A DNA stretch of 42,984 bases from a virus. The DNA is taken from IMG/VR virus record IMGVR_UViG_3300045988_157988, positions 1 to 42,984 of that record; one strand, 5' to 3'. Within the stretch, counting starts at the first letter, position 1, and every line of letters starts with the position of its first letter. The translations under genes and the position numbers were made by a program. Of this stretch, positions 26,227-37,417 are shown in pieces. The notes below the pieces were generated by a model that saw only the letters and a list, made by a program, of their open reading frames with translations, did no database searches and was not told the origin of the DNA.

Positions 26227-29200
26227 ATGGCTGATGGTTCATTGATTTTTGATACAAAAATTGACGTTTCGGGGTTTGAAAAAGGTGTCGCAAAGTTAAG
26301 AGGAACAGCTGGTAAAGTTGGTGCTGGTATAGCAAAGTCAATAGGGCTTGCAAGTGCTGCGACAAGTGCTTTAGGTGGTTTTGCTTTAAAAGCAGGAGCT
26401 AACTTTGACGCTGGTATGAGTGAGGTTTCTGCTATTTCTGGAGCTTCTGGAAAAGATTTAGATATGTTAAGACAAAAAGCTAAAGATATGGGAGCTAGTA
26501 CAAAGTTTAGTGCGACAGAAAGTGCAGAGGCTTTAAAATATATGGCTATGGCAGGTTGGAAGCCTCAACAGATGATGAAAGGTCTTGACGGTGTTATAAA
26601 TCTTGCTGCTGCGAGTGGGGAAAATTTAGGTATGGTATCTGATATTGTAACTGACTCTTTAACTGCTTTCGGTATGAGTGCTGAACAGTCGGGAAAATTC
26701 GCTGATGTTTTGGCTGCAACTGCTACAAATGCAAATACCAACGTTGGAATGTTAGGCGAGAGTTTTAAATACGTTGCTCCTCTTTGTGGTGCTTTAGGAT
26801 ATAGTGCAGAAGATACATCGTTGGCACTTGGTTTAATGGCTAATGCTGGTGTTAAAAGTTCTCAAGCTGGTACTTCTCTTAAAAACTCACTTGCAAGACT
26901 TGCAAAACCTACAAAAGAAGTAGCAAACGGGCTTAACCTTGTTGGATTGAGTGCAGAGGAATTACAAGGTATTCCACTTAATGAAGTTTTAAAGAAATTT
27001 AGAACACAATTTAAAAATTTAAGTGCAGATGAAAAGGCTGCTGCTGCGAGTGCTATTTTTGGAAAAGAAGCAATGTCAGGAATGTTGGCTATCATCAACG
27101 CTAGTGATGAAGATTTTAATAAATTATCAAATGCTATTAATAATTCATCTGGCAGTGCTGAAAAAATGGCTAAGATAATGAACGACAACTTAAAGGGAGA
27201 TATAACTATATTAAAAAGTGCTTTAGAGGGCTTTGGTATATCTTTATATGAAAATGTTGATAATCCTTTAAGAAATGTAGCACAGAGGGCGACAAAACAC
27301 ATTGATAAACTTAATGAAACAGTCAAGAAAGATATAAATAAATTACCTGCCGTTATTGGCGAAATAATGGCTGATATTGTAACAAATATAGCTAATTCAC
27401 TACCTAAATTTATTAATATAGGTGTGGATATAATAACTAATTTAATTGAGGGAATTAATAAAAATTCAACACAGATAGCAGATAGTGCAGTTAAGATTGG
27501 CGAAACTTTATTAACTGGTATTATGACGATAGCTGAAAAGTTATTGATTTGTGGTGCTGAAATGGTGCTAAAGGTTGGAGAGGGAATAGCTAAAAGCCTA
27601 CCTAGTTTGATAGATAAGGCTTCTAATATGCTAAATAATCTTTTAAACTATTTCATTCAAAATGTCGATAGATTTTTTACCGTTGGTCTTAATATATTAA
27701 ACGCTCTTGCTGATGGTTTAGGTAAAAATTTACCTAATATAATTCCTAAAATAGTTGAGGCTATTGTTAAGTTAGTTGAGGCTTTTTCAAATAATATAGA
27801 ACGATTTATAGAAGTTGGTTTAAAGATAGTACAAGCAATAGGGCAAGGCTTGATAAATTCAATTCCTGTAATTACTGCTAATGCTGATAAGTTGTTAAAG
27901 GCTTTTGTTAAAATATTTACACTATTTAAAGCAGTAGCTATCGGAAAAAATCTTGTATCTCAATTAGCAAGTGCGATTGTTGGTAAAAAGAACTTAATGG
28001 TGAATGCAGCTAAAGCGTTGATTAATGAATTTTGCTTATATGCAAAAGTGTATAAAGCTCCTTTGATGTCAACTGCAAAATCTTTAATTCACAATCTTAC
28101 ACAACCAATTATAAAGAGTAAAAATTTAGTTGCTAATAGTGGGAAATCTTTAGTAACTACTCTTATAAATTCGATAAAAAGTACAAATATAGGAAGTGCT
28201 GGAATTTCTGTAATAGGAAAATTTACCAGCAGTATAACTGGTTGTCTTGGAAAAGTTGCAAGTGTAGGACTTAGTGTTATAGCTAAATTAGTTGCAGTAT
28301 TAAGCAATCCGATTGGCATTGCAGTTGCAGGTGGGCTTGTTATTGCTGCCTTTTTAGGTAGTTTTGACTTAAATAAAATAGCAAGTAAAGCAGGGGAAAT
28401 GATAGGCTCTTTAATTCGTGGGTTAGGTCAAATGTTACCTAAACTTTGGGAGTTTGTAAAGAATATCGGTAAAGGCATTTTGAAAATGCTTGACCCTAGA
28501 AACTGGGTAAAAGCTGGTTGGAATTTGATAAAAGGTGTTGCAGACGGCATTAGAGGTAAAAAATCTGATGTAGAAGAAGCTACAAAAGAAACTGTTGAAA
28601 ATGGAGCTAATAAAGGGGCTGAAAGTGCTGATGTATCACAAGCCCCTAAAAGGACAGTTGCTGAACTTGTAAAAGGCATTAAAGGTGGCGAGATTGATAT
28701 ATCCGAAGGCTTTAAAGAACTTGTGCAAAGTGGCTTAAGTAATTCACAGATTAATCAAATTGCAAGAGAGGCGGGAAAGTCAACAAATGACAGTTACTTA
28801 CAAGGATTAATCGATAACGGTTCAAGTGGTCTTAAAACGGCTTATAACAACTTAAGAACAACTACAAGTGATGAATTAGAGATAGTTGCAAAACTTGCAA
28901 AATTAAAAGGTATTGATACATTAAACGGCTTTACAGATGGAGTAGCACAAGACGGCACAAAGTTTGAGGAAGTAATTAAAGGCTTAAGAGAAAAAGGCTT
29001 ACATGGTTTTGATTTAGCTGAAAAAGTCTTTGAATTAGGACAAAAAGGTATGTTACGTTATGGAGAGGGCTTACAAGCACAGCAACAATATGTTGAAGAT
29101 AAAGCTAAGTTGATTGCTGAAACAGCTAGAAATCCTCTTGAATTTGCAGAACAAGCATTCTCAAGTGGTCTTATCAACCTACAAAAGTTTGGCGATGGTG

Positions 29201-30549
29201 CTAATGAGGGAATGCAATTTGTTGAACAATATATCCAAAATGGCATTTTGCAAGGTAAAAGTTATTTAGATATAGCTGAAGAATTAAGACAAATGGGTTT
29301 AACTGATATGACGGCTTTTGCTGATGGAACAAACGGAGGACTTATACCGGTTCAAGAGGCTTATGCAAAGTTAAAAGAAATGGGAGTTAGTGAAACTCTT
29401 ATTCCTGAAATTTTAAAATCTAACGGCTATCAAAATATTAGTAATTTAAGTCTTGGCATAGCAGACGGAAAGAGTTTGTTAGAATCGAGTTTGATTACAA
29501 ATATAAACAATCCTTTGTTTAATGAATTACAAAAGGCACAACAACAAGCTGGAGTGGACGGAAAAAACATTGCAGACAATGTAGCAAACGGAATAAGTCA
29601 AGGAAATCCGTATATAGACAATGCGATGAACATTCAAAAACAAATCATTTCAGATAGTTTAGAAGTTAATAAAAACAATGCAGATGTAAAATCTAAAGAA
29701 ATGATGAACAACTTTTCTAATAATGTAAAAAACGGAACTCCACCTATTACAAGTGGCATTAATTCAATGACTAAGTCAGTTGATAGCGATTTCAACAAGT
29801 TAAAAAACAGTTCTAATATCACAATGCAAGGAGCTATGACTGGTATTAATTCATCAGTTCAAAAAGGTTCTAATGATGTTAAGAATAATCTATCTAAAAT
29901 GGCAAAAGGTATTGATACTGATATCACAAAAACATCTGATAAAATGCAAAAAGATACTAAAAATATGATGGATAAATCTTCTGATAACGTGAAAAACGGA
30001 GCTAATAAGATAAATAACGATATTAAAAATATGTGTCAGAGTGCTACAAGTAACATAAATAGTTTTCAATCAGAGTTTTCACACGCTGGTACTAACTTAA
30101 TGTATGGCTTAGCTGGTGGTATTAGAAATGGAAGAAGTTCAGTAATAAATGCAGCCATTAATGTCATGCGTAGTGCTGTAAACGCTGCAAAATATGAGGC
30201 TGGCATACATTCTCCGTCAAGGGTAATGCGTGATGAAGTAGGTATTATGCTTATGAAAGGTTTAGGTATCGGTATTGATAAAGAGGGCAAAAACACAATG
30301 CAAAAAGCTAAAAGTTTTATGTCGGGAATTATTGATAAGATGAGTCAAGGCGTTGACTTTGAAATGAATACATTATTTGACGGAAAAGGTAGTTTTGAAA
30401 GAAGTTTTAACATCACAGAGAACGGAAATCTTGCGGTTGATATCGGCAATGGAAAGATTATTACTATTGTTGAACTTGATAAGAGAGAAGTCGGAAGAAG
30501 TGTATCAGAATATTCAAGCAGAGCAATTTCAAGAAGTAAAAAGAGGTAG
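26227..30549 (+). CDS. Tail tape measure protein, TP901 family, 1440 aa.
   Basis: N-terminal TP901-type TMP core (GASTKFSATESAEALKYMAMAGW). Very long, helical and A/G/S/N-rich. Confidence 0.85.
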   Translation: MADGSLIFDTKIDVSGFEKGVAKLRGTAGKVGAGIAKSIGLASAATSALGGFALKAGANFDAGMSEVSAISGASGKDLDMLRQKAKDMGASTKFSATESAEALKYMAMAGWKPQQMMKGLDGVINLAAASGENLGMVSDIVTDSLTAFGMSAEQSGKFADVLAATATNANTNVGMLGESFKYVAPLCGALGYSAEDTSLALGLMANAGVKSSQAGTSLKNSLARLAKPTKEVANGLNLVGLSAEELQGIPLNEVLKKFRTQFKNLSADEKAAAASAIFGKEAMSGMLAIINASDEDFNKLSNAINNSSGSAEKMAKIMNDNLKGDITILKSALEGFGISLYENVDNPLRNVAQRATKHIDKLNETVKKDINKLPAVIGEIMADIVTNIANSLPKFINIGVDIITNLIEGINKNSTQIADSAVKIGETLLTGIMTIAEKLLICGAEMVLKVGEGIAKSLPSLIDKASNMLNNLLNYFIQNVDRFFTVGLNILNALADGLGKNLPNIIPKIVEAIVKLVEAFSNNIERFIEVGLKIVQAIGQGLINSIPVITANADKLLKAFVKIFTLFKAVAIGKNLVSQLASAIVGKKNLMVNAAKALINEFCLYAKVYKAPLMSTAKSLIHNLTQPIIKSKNLVANSGKSLVTTLINSIKSTNIGSAGISVIGKFTSSITGCLGKVASVGLSVIAKLVAVLSNPIGIAVAGGLVIAAFLGSFDLNKIASKAGEMIGSLIRGLGQMLPKLWEFVKNIGKGILKMLDPRNWVKAGWNLIKGVADGIRGKKSDVEEATKETVENGANKGAESADVSQAPKRTVAELVKGIKGGEIDISEGFKELVQSGLSNSQINQIAREAGKSTNDSYLQGLIDNGSSGLKTAYNNLRTTTSDELEIVAKLAKLKGIDTLNGFTDGVAQDGTKFEEVIKGLREKGLHGFDLAEKVFELGQKGMLRYGEGLQAQQQYVEDKAKLIAETARNPLEFAEQAFSSGLINLQKFGDGANEGMQFVEQYIQNGILQGKSYLDIAEELRQMGLTDMTAFADGTNGGLIPVQEAYAKLKEMGVSETLIPEILKSNGYQNISNLSLGIADGKSLLESSLITNINNPLFNELQKAQQQAGVDGKNIADNVANGISQGNPYIDNAMNIQKQIISDSLEVNKNNADVKSKEMMNNFSNNVKNGTPPITSGINSMTKSVDSDFNKLKNSSNITMQGAMTGINSSVQKGSNDVKNNLSKMAKGIDTDITKTSDKMQKDTKNMMDKSSDNVKNGANKINNDIKNMCQSATSNINSFQSEFSHAGTNLMYGLAGGIRNGRSSVINAAINVMRSAVNAAKYEAGIHSPSRVMRDEVGIMLMKGLGIGIDKEGKNTMQKAKSFMSGIIDKMSQGVDFEMNTLFDGKGSFERSFNITENGNLAVDIGNGKIITIVELDKREVGRSVSEYSSRAISRSKKR

Positions 30550-30551
30550 TT

Positions 30552-31238
30552 ATGGAAGTTATAAATGGTTTAAAATTAGATAAATATAAAGCTAAAATTT
30601 TACAACCTATTAGCATTTTAGGTACAGAAATAAAAAGACAAGAGTTTGAAAGTGCAAATGGAGAGGTCTTTTATTCTGATAAAAAATTAGGTTTAGCTAC
30701 AATTAAATTTAAAATTGAATTAAAAGGCAATAGGTGTGAAATAAAAACTAACAAGTCTAAACTACTTAATGATATTGAAGTTTGTAAATTAGACTTGAAT
30801 GATAGTAGAATTTATGAAGGTCGTTTTATTGAAAGTGGAGATGTAGAGGTTTATAACAATTTTGAAGTTATAGAAATTGAGGGAAAGTGTGCTGTATATA
30901 ACGGTACACTTAATCAACAAAATCAAAAAAGCAACGGCAAAATTGTTTTAAATTTAGAAAGTAATGTAATTACCCCTCTTTTAATTTCTATTAAAGGAAA
31001 TGGTACAAATATTAGCATTAAGAGTAAAACTTTTAATATCTTTATAAAAGAGCTTAATGGAACAATTAAAATTGACGGAAAAGAAAAAACTGTAAAAAAC
31101 GAAACTGGTGCAAATGTGTATAAGTTGGTTGATATGTTTGAATTTCCAAAAACTGATTTTTCAAATAACTTTGAAATAAATATATCTGGTACAGGAAATT
31201 TTGATACAAATATTAGTTATTATGAAAGGTTGATATAA
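30552..31238 (+). CDS. Distal tail protein (Dit).
   Basis: 228 aa, immediately after the tape measure protein. Confidence 0.6.
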   Translation: MEVINGLKLDKYKAKILQPISILGTEIKRQEFESANGEVFYSDKKLGLATIKFKIELKGNRCEIKTNKSKLLNDIEVCKLDLNDSRIYEGRFIESGDVEVYNNFEVIEIEGKCAVYNGTLNQQNQKSNGKIVLNLESNVITPLLISIKGNGTNISIKSKTFNIFIKELNGTIKIDGKEKTVKNETGANVYKLVDMFEFPKTDFSNNFEINISGTGNFDTNISYYERLI

Positions 31239-31239
31239 T

Positions 31240-34200
31240 ATGATTAATATTTTTGATAAAAGTAAAAATAAGGTCTTTATGACTGATAGAATTATAGAGC
31301 CTTTTTTAACTTGTGATATAAATAAACTTGATATACTAACTTTTGAAATAGATAAAGAAAATTTAAAGTATTTTGAGTTAGAGGGTTATGTAGAAACTAA
31401 AGAACAGATTTATGTAATTAAAGATATTGAAGAATTGCAATATACTTTTAAAATAGTAGCTTTACAAGAGATTGAAGAATTTGACGAGTATTTGAATAAT
31501 AAAACTTATCCAACAAAAACACTTGATTTTATGATTAAAGACTTATTGCCCAGTGGTTGGAGTTTAGTTTTTAAAGGAGATACTAAAAAAAGGACTGTAA
31601 CAGGTAATAATATCAATAAATTTAGCTTGATTAATGAAATTATAAAGAAATTTGAGGCTGAAATTAGGTTTGATAACAAAAAGAAAACTGTAACGGTTGG
31701 ATATGATTTAGGAGAAGATAACGGTTCATACTTTACAGATGAATTGAATATAAAAGATATTCACTTTACTGGAGATAGTTATGATTTAGTTACTAGAATA
31801 ATACCAATTGGACGTGATAATCTTGGTATCGAAAAGGTAAATGACGGTAAGCCTTATATTGATAATTTTGAATATTCAAAAAAGATAAAGACTATGTATT
31901 GGGAAGATAACAGATATCTTAATGTGCATAGTCTTTTTGATGATGCAAATAAAAAATTAAAGAAATTATCAACTCCAAATATCACTTATGAAATTGATGT
32001 TATTGATTTAAGTGAGAATTTAAAATATGAATTTCTTAAAATGAATTTAGGGGATAAAGTAACTTTAATCAATAAAAATTCACAAAAAAAGGAACAATTT
32101 AGAATAATTAAGTTAGTAAAATATTTTAAAGACAGTTTTAGAAATGAAATCACTTTAGGAACTAAAGTGCCAGATTTAACAACTGATGAATATAAGTTGA
32201 GGGAAGTTTTTAATGAAAATTGGGAAAAGACAAAGACTTATTTTGAAGTTGTGGATGGTAAAATTACAGGAATTATAGACACAGTAAAATCAAGTGAAAC
32301 TAATATAGAAAAAATGAAATCGGAAGTTATTCAAACAGCTGATGAAATAAAATTAAAAATTTCAAAATATGATGGACTACTTGGAGAAATATCAAAAAAA
32401 CAATCTGAAATCTCACAAAAGACGGATAGTTTAGAAAGTTCTATTTATGAATCTACACAACTTGGAAAAGATAATTTTTTAAAAAATATATCTTTAAATT
32501 TGAGTGATACAAAAGAATTTAAAGAATATTTAAATTTGGAAAATGGTTCATACAGTTTAAAATTTCTATCAAAAGGAGATGTTGAGGTATATTTTGTTGT
32601 ACGTTATAAAGATGAAAATAGAAAATATCAATATAAATATCCTAAAAAGTTTTTAAGTTTAAAAAAAGTTGGAAGAAGCTTTAACGATTTAAGTTTTAAA
32701 GAGCATTTAATTTCTTTTAAAGTTCCAAAATTATATAAAGATATGTATATTTCATATAAAAGCAAAAACGGTGCTGAGTTAAAAGAAATACAATTAGGAA
32801 AATTATTATCTAAAGAAAATGCAGATAGAATAACAAGACTTAAGCAAGATTTAGACGGCTTTAAGTTGACTGCTGAAAATAACATAAATAAGGTTAAAAG
32901 TGAATTTAATGTAAAAGCTGATGAAATAAGTAGTAAAGTTAAAAATGTTGAGAATAAAATTTCAACAGAAATAGCACAATCGACAAATGAAATAAAATCA
33001 ACTGTTAAAGAGATGAAAGAGGATTTAAAGCAATTTAAAAATCTTTGTAAAGAAAGCACTAAAGAAATAAACGGTAATGATATATATTTTGATTGTGAAA
33101 AGTTGTTAAAAGGTCAAAAATACAAGGTTACTTTTAAAGCGAAAGATATACAAAATAACGCAGAATACAAAGTATATAATTCAGATATGAATTATAGAAA
33201 AATATCAGAAAATAACGCTTGGGTTTTTACTCCTAGTCAAGATATAACACAGCTTAATCTTTACAACGGTGGTGGTAGCAATCCGAAAGCTAATATATAT
33301 GATGTACAGATATTTAAGCTGAACGATGACCCTAGACTTGAAGAATTAAAGTCGGAAATAAAGCAAACATCAACAGAAATTAGCTTAAAAGTTTCTAAAA
33401 AAGATATCGTTTCAGAAATCAATCAATCAGCTGAAAGTGTAAAGATAAGAGCTAATAAAATTGAACTTGACGGTGATGTTATAGCAAATAAGCTAACATC
33501 TAAAAGACTTTATGGAAATTATATCGACGGAGCTGTAATAAACGGTGGTACAATAAAAATAGGGAATTATGGTTTTTTACAACCAGCTCAAAATTGTTTA
33601 CAAATAAAAGTTCCTCAAACTCAATATGCTACCTATGGAATAGGAGTACAAATTCACGGAAGAAAAGCTACAAAGAATATTCCAGCTGGAATGTTTATTT
33701 ACAGAGATGATGACTTTGAACGAGGGAATGATATAGGAGATAATGTTGAAGAAATCCTCTTGACTGTAGCCGGGAGAATGCAGGCTTGCTTTAAATTTAA
33801 CGGTCAAGAAATTTCAGGAACACCCGTGATGACTAATTTTTATAAAAATAATCCAGTTGGTGGAGATATGTATGCAATACGATTTATAGGATATGACCCT
33901 CATACTAGGTGTATTTATTTTGATGATGGTACAGGCTCTAGTGGAGCTTGGAGGCTTAGCACAGACTCATCATCTTCTGATATTAGATTAAAGTTTAATA
34001 TAAAAGAAAGTAATCAAGATTGCTTAGATTTAATTTCAAAAATCAATTTTAAAAGTTTTGATTGGAAAAAAGATAAATTTGGCTATGCGAAAGAGCATAC
34101 AAAAACAGGGATAATTGCAGATGAGTTACAAGAACTTGATGATAGTTTAGTTTATACACATACTAACGATGATAAAAAAACAAAATATATTGACGATTTT

Positions 34201-34293
34201 AGACTTTTGGCAGTTACCACAAAAGCAGTACAAGAACTTAATAAAAAAGTTGAGGAACTTCAACTTAAAATAAAGCAATTAGAAGAAAGGTAG
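31240..34293 (+). CDS. Tail-associated protein (Tal) / tail fiber with a C-terminal intramolecular chaperone (Peptidase_S74-like) domain.
   Basis: 1017 aa after Dit. The C-terminus SDIRLKFNIKE...LDLISKINFKSFDWKKD... plus a terminal coiled coil matches the self-cleaving chaperone domain signature. Confidence 0.65.
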   Translation: MINIFDKSKNKVFMTDRIIEPFLTCDINKLDILTFEIDKENLKYFELEGYVETKEQIYVIKDIEELQYTFKIVALQEIEEFDEYLNNKTYPTKTLDFMIKDLLPSGWSLVFKGDTKKRTVTGNNINKFSLINEIIKKFEAEIRFDNKKKTVTVGYDLGEDNGSYFTDELNIKDIHFTGDSYDLVTRIIPIGRDNLGIEKVNDGKPYIDNFEYSKKIKTMYWEDNRYLNVHSLFDDANKKLKKLSTPNITYEIDVIDLSENLKYEFLKMNLGDKVTLINKNSQKKEQFRIIKLVKYFKDSFRNEITLGTKVPDLTTDEYKLREVFNENWEKTKTYFEVVDGKITGIIDTVKSSETNIEKMKSEVIQTADEIKLKISKYDGLLGEISKKQSEISQKTDSLESSIYESTQLGKDNFLKNISLNLSDTKEFKEYLNLENGSYSLKFLSKGDVEVYFVVRYKDENRKYQYKYPKKFLSLKKVGRSFNDLSFKEHLISFKVPKLYKDMYISYKSKNGAELKEIQLGKLLSKENADRITRLKQDLDGFKLTAENNINKVKSEFNVKADEISSKVKNVENKISTEIAQSTNEIKSTVKEMKEDLKQFKNLCKESTKEINGNDIYFDCEKLLKGQKYKVTFKAKDIQNNAEYKVYNSDMNYRKISENNAWVFTPSQDITQLNLYNGGGSNPKANIYDVQIFKLNDDPRLEELKSEIKQTSTEISLKVSKKDIVSEINQSAESVKIRANKIELDGDVIANKLTSKRLYGNYIDGAVINGGTIKIGNYGFLQPAQNCLQIKVPQTQYATYGIGVQIHGRKATKNIPAGMFIYRDDDFERGNDIGDNVEEILLTVAGRMQACFKFNGQEISGTPVMTNFYKNNPVGGDMYAIRFIGYDPHTRCIYFDDGTGSSGAWRLSTDSSSSDIRLKFNIKESNQDCLDLISKINFKSFDWKKDKFGYAKEHTKTGIIADELQELDDSLVYTHTNDDKKTKYIDDFRLLAVTTKAVQELNKKVEELQLKIKQLEER

Positions 34294-34300
34294 GTACAAT

Positions 34301-34924
34301 ATGAGTAAAATTACACATATTATAGCAACGAAATTTGGTGGAGAATGGGACATTAGAGCAATGAGAGATGATTTTCAAGAAATCAAAACTAATGTAAAAG
34401 ATGAATTTAAAGAAAATTTTGAAAGTTTTGTAAATTCTTTGGAAGAAATCAAAACTGAAAAAGAAATTGAAAATGAAATGAAAAACGAGTTATTAAGTAA
34501 GATAACCGAAAATTCAAGTGATGAAGAAAAGTATAAAAACTTAAAATTCTATGATAAGTGGCAAGACAGAAAGAGATATAAAATAGGTGCTATTGTAAAA
34601 CAATTTGTAGCTAATGAGGAATTTTTATTTAGATGTAAAAAAGAACACGAAAGCGATTATGGTATAATGCCTAATTTATCTAATGAGTATTGGGAAAAGA
34701 TACCTAACGGAAAAGAAGAACCACGCAATCCACTTTTACCAAAAGAAAAGCCAGACCTTTATAATAATGAAAAAACTTATAAGAAAGGTACAGAGTTAGA
34801 AAGCGACAGATATTGTATTTTTAATGACAAAGTTTATGAATATGTTGGAGATGAGCCAGCAGACGGTAAAAGTCCATTTTCTTATCCACAACTTTGGAAA
34901 GAAATAGGTAAATGGCAAGACTAA
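34301..34924 (+). CDS. Hypothetical tail or baseplate-associated protein.
   Basis: Position only. Confidence 0.4.
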   Translation: MSKITHIIATKFGGEWDIRAMRDDFQEIKTNVKDEFKENFESFVNSLEEIKTEKEIENEMKNELLSKITENSSDEEKYKNLKFYDKWQDRKRYKIGAIVKQFVANEEFLFRCKKEHESDYGIMPNLSNEYWEKIPNGKEEPRNPLLPKEKPDLYNNEKTYKKGTELESDRYCIFNDKVYEYVGDEPADGKSPFSYPQLWKEIGKWQD

Positions 34925-34971
34925 TGAGGGAGTTTATAACTTCCTCTTTTAAGTTAGAAAGGGGGTAGCAA

Positions 34972-36162
34972 ATGGCATTACAACCGATTAACATCGAGGT
35001 AACTGATGATGTTGAAAATTATATAACGGCTGAAATGGACGCAAAGATTTATTCACAATTAGTAAGCGAGGGAATAGCTAAAGATGTTGGAAATGCTTGT
35101 AAGGTAGTAATTGGCGAAAATGATATAAAAATTCAAAACGGACTTTTTAATATTCAAGGTTACTTTGCAAGTATAAAAGATTTTCATAGTATATCAAAAC
35201 CAGTTCAAAATAATTTTTATGTAAAAGCTAAATTTGTAAAAGGTGTATCTCAAGATGAGTTTACAATCTATACTGATACAGATAGCAATTTAACAAAACA
35301 AGACTTGTTCAACGGTGGTACTATAAGAGAAATACTTATAGCAGAGGTACGCAACAAAAACGAAGTTACAATGAAAAGTGTAAATTTATCTTTAGCAGAA
35401 ATCAGAAACGCTTTACAGAATATCTTGGAAGTTGAAAATCAAAGAGTACAAGCTGAAAAAGAAAGAATTGAAAAAGAAATAGAAAGACAAAGAAATTCAA
35501 CAGAAGTTATATCAAGAGTTGAGGGACTTATACAAACTTTATCTCAAACAGATAGTAACTTAAAAAGTGCTGAACAAAAAAGAGTGCAAGCTGAAAGTTC
35601 AAGAGAAGAAAAAATATCGACCTATACACAAAAGCTTGAAGATTTAAAGCAAGTTAAAAACTCAGTTGATGAATTACAAAGAACTTTAAACGAGCAAGTG
35701 CAGACAGCAACGGGTAAAATTGATGAAATGTCAAGGCTTAACACTTTATTAACTGAATCAGAAGATAAAAGAAAACTATCAGAAACGGAAAGAGAAAAAA
35801 AGATAGCTGAATTTGATAAACTTGTAAAAAGTTTTGATGGGACTAAAATTTCGCAGAGGTTAGATGATTTAAAAACAGATTTAAGAAATGATTTAGATAA
35901 TTTAAAAGAAGATTTAAGCGATAGCATACAAAGTAAAATGGGCGATCTTGAAACAGTTTTTTACAAAGATTTAGGCATTCAAGAAATTAAATTACTAGCG
36001 TTGATAGGAGAACTATGTTCTGATGGAACTAAACCGTTAGACAGACCATTAGGCGATGACCCAACATACTATTCATTAAGAAAAGTAGATGGTAAACTTT
36101 GCATAATAAACGGAACTATAAATGAGTTACAAGAATTTACAAAAACGCAACAAGGAGGTTAA
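34972..36162 (+). CDS. Tail fiber / baseplate protein with a central coiled-coil.
   Basis: Globular N-terminus, a long heptad-rich middle (RVQAEKERIEKEIERQR...) and a globular C-terminus. Confidence 0.5.
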   Translation: MALQPINIEVTDDVENYITAEMDAKIYSQLVSEGIAKDVGNACKVVIGENDIKIQNGLFNIQGYFASIKDFHSISKPVQNNFYVKAKFVKGVSQDEFTIYTDTDSNLTKQDLFNGGTIREILIAEVRNKNEVTMKSVNLSLAEIRNALQNILEVENQRVQAEKERIEKEIERQRNSTEVISRVEGLIQTLSQTDSNLKSAEQKRVQAESSREEKISTYTQKLEDLKQVKNSVDELQRTLNEQVQTATGKIDEMSRLNTLLTESEDKRKLSETEREKKIAEFDKLVKSFDGTKISQRLDDLKTDLRNDLDNLKEDLSDSIQSKMGDLETVFYKDLGIQEIKLLALIGELCSDGTKPLDRPLGDDPTYYSLRKVDGKLCIINGTINELQEFTKTQQGG

Positions 36163-36163
36163 A

Positions 36164-36592
36164 ATGGCTTTAGAGAAAATAACAATAGCAACGGAAGAAA
36201 AACAAGATTTAATTATAGAAAATATAAGTCTTATCAGGGCTGATGTATCACACTTAGCTAATAAAAATGATATAACAGAAATAGAAGCCTTAATTATAGA
36301 CTTGCATTCACAATCTCTTTTACAAATAAAAACAGGTGATAATACTAAAGAAAGTAATTGTAAGTATCTTTTAATAGGAGTTACAACTAGAGATGGAGAT
36401 AGGATTTTTGATAGCTTAACAGCGACTGCTACAACAGGCGATTTAATAAACCAAAATAGTTACAAGCAATGTGTAACTGATAAAACTATACAAATGGGGA
36501 GTAAAACATTTTATTTGCTAGACACGACTGTGATTGTAACTGGATATGATATGTACGGAAGTGAAAGTGCATTAATGTTAAAATTGGATTAG
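36164..36592 (+). CDS. Hypothetical tail fiber-associated protein.
   Basis: ATG at 36164 behind CAAGGAGGT. Confidence 0.45.
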   Translation: MALEKITIATEEKQDLIIENISLIRADVSHLANKNDITEIEALIIDLHSQSLLQIKTGDNTKESNCKYLLIGVTTRDGDRIFDSLTATATTGDLINQNSYKQCVTDKTIQMGSKTFYLLDTTVIVTGYDMYGSESALMLKLD

Positions 36593-36598
36593 TAAAAA

Positions 36599-36739
36599 AT
36601 GGATAAAGATTTTATAATAAATGAACTTGCTTTAAAGATTGCACAGCTTGAAGTCGAAAAAGCATTTTTAAAAAGCGAAAATCAAGACTTAAAAGCAAAA
36701 TTACAAGAAAAAGAAAAAGATAACGAAGTAAAGGCATAG
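36599..36739 (+). CDS. Small coiled-coil ORF (46 aa), XkdX-like position.
   Basis: Translated by hand. Weak RBS. Confidence 0.25.
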   Translation: MDKDFIINELALKIAQLEVEKAFLKSENQDLKAKLQEKEKDNEVKA

Positions 36740-36834
36740 TCTAGCATTAAAAATAAAAAATAATTAAAATTAGGCTATGTTTTAAGCTAAATGTTGAAAT
36801 ATCAATGCTCGAGAAAGGGAAAGGTGATTGAGTT

Positions 36835-37140
36835 GTGGATTTAAGTACAATATCAATAGTTTTAAGTATAATAGGGAGTACAATTGCTTTAATAAAGATG
36901 ATAGGTAAACCTATTATGCAAATTTTAAAGCTTCAAGAAAAGCAAACAAATGGTATAAGATGTTTGCTTAGAAAAGAAATTTTTGAAATAATAAATCGTG
37001 TTACAGAAAGAGGATATATTTTTCAAGATGAACTTGTATCACTTAGAAAACTCTTTATCAACTATAAGGAGTTAAAAGGAAATGGAATAGTAGATAAAAT
37101 GGTAGAAAGTGCTTTAAGTTTACCATTAAAAAATAAATAA
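36835..37140 (+). CDS. Holin-like protein, BhlA/SPP1-holin type: an N-terminal transmembrane segment followed by a coiled-coil.
   Basis: GTG start behind AAGGTGA. One transmembrane helix (ISIVLSIIGSTIALIKMI) and a charged helical C-terminus. Confidence 0.45.
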   Translation: MDLSTISIVLSIIGSTIALIKMIGKPIMQILKLQEKQTNGIRCLLRKEIFEIINRVTERGYIFQDELVSLRKLFINYKELKGNGIVDKMVESALSLPLKNK

Positions 37141-37158
37141 TAAAGGAGAATAGAAAAG

Positions 37159-37416
37159 ATGAAAATTAATTTAAAAGTAAGAATGAAGAATAAGACGTTT
37201 GTAATTACAATGCTAACAACTGTAATAGCTTTTATTTATCAAATATTAGCTATGTTTGAAATTGTAGCACCTATAAATAAAGAACAAGTAACACAAGTTA
37301 TAATGCTTTTAGTAAATATACTTGTAGGACTTGGAATTTTAGTTGACCCGACAACAAAAGGTGTATCAGACAGTGAAAGAGCATTAGGCTATAAAGATTT
37401 AGGTGGAAATAAGTAA
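37159..37416 (+). CDS. Holin, phiLC3 / LLH family.
   Basis: MKINLKVRMKNKTFVITMLT...VDPTTKGVSDSERALGY closely matches the phiLC3-holin family consensus (MKINWKVRLKNKTFW...VTDPTTEGLSDSERA). Confidence 0.8.
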   Translation: MKINLKVRMKNKTFVITMLTTVIAFIYQILAMFEIVAPINKEQVTQVIMLLVNILVGLGILVDPTTKGVSDSERALGYKDLGGNK

Positions 37417-37417
37417 A

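Noticed and set aside
26862-27326. Long antisense ORFs listed in the six-frame track (1130..1321, 2192..2410, 5183..5398, 26862..27326, 28089..28319, 32628..33059, 35622..35927 and others).
   Set aside because: These are shadow ORFs inside well-supported plus-strand genes. They lack RBSs and contain no recognisable domains.
30377-30583. A 68-aa plus-strand ORF overlapping the 3' end of the tape measure gene.
   Set aside because: It sits in an alternative frame inside the tape measure protein with no RBS, and the true Dit start lies at 30552.
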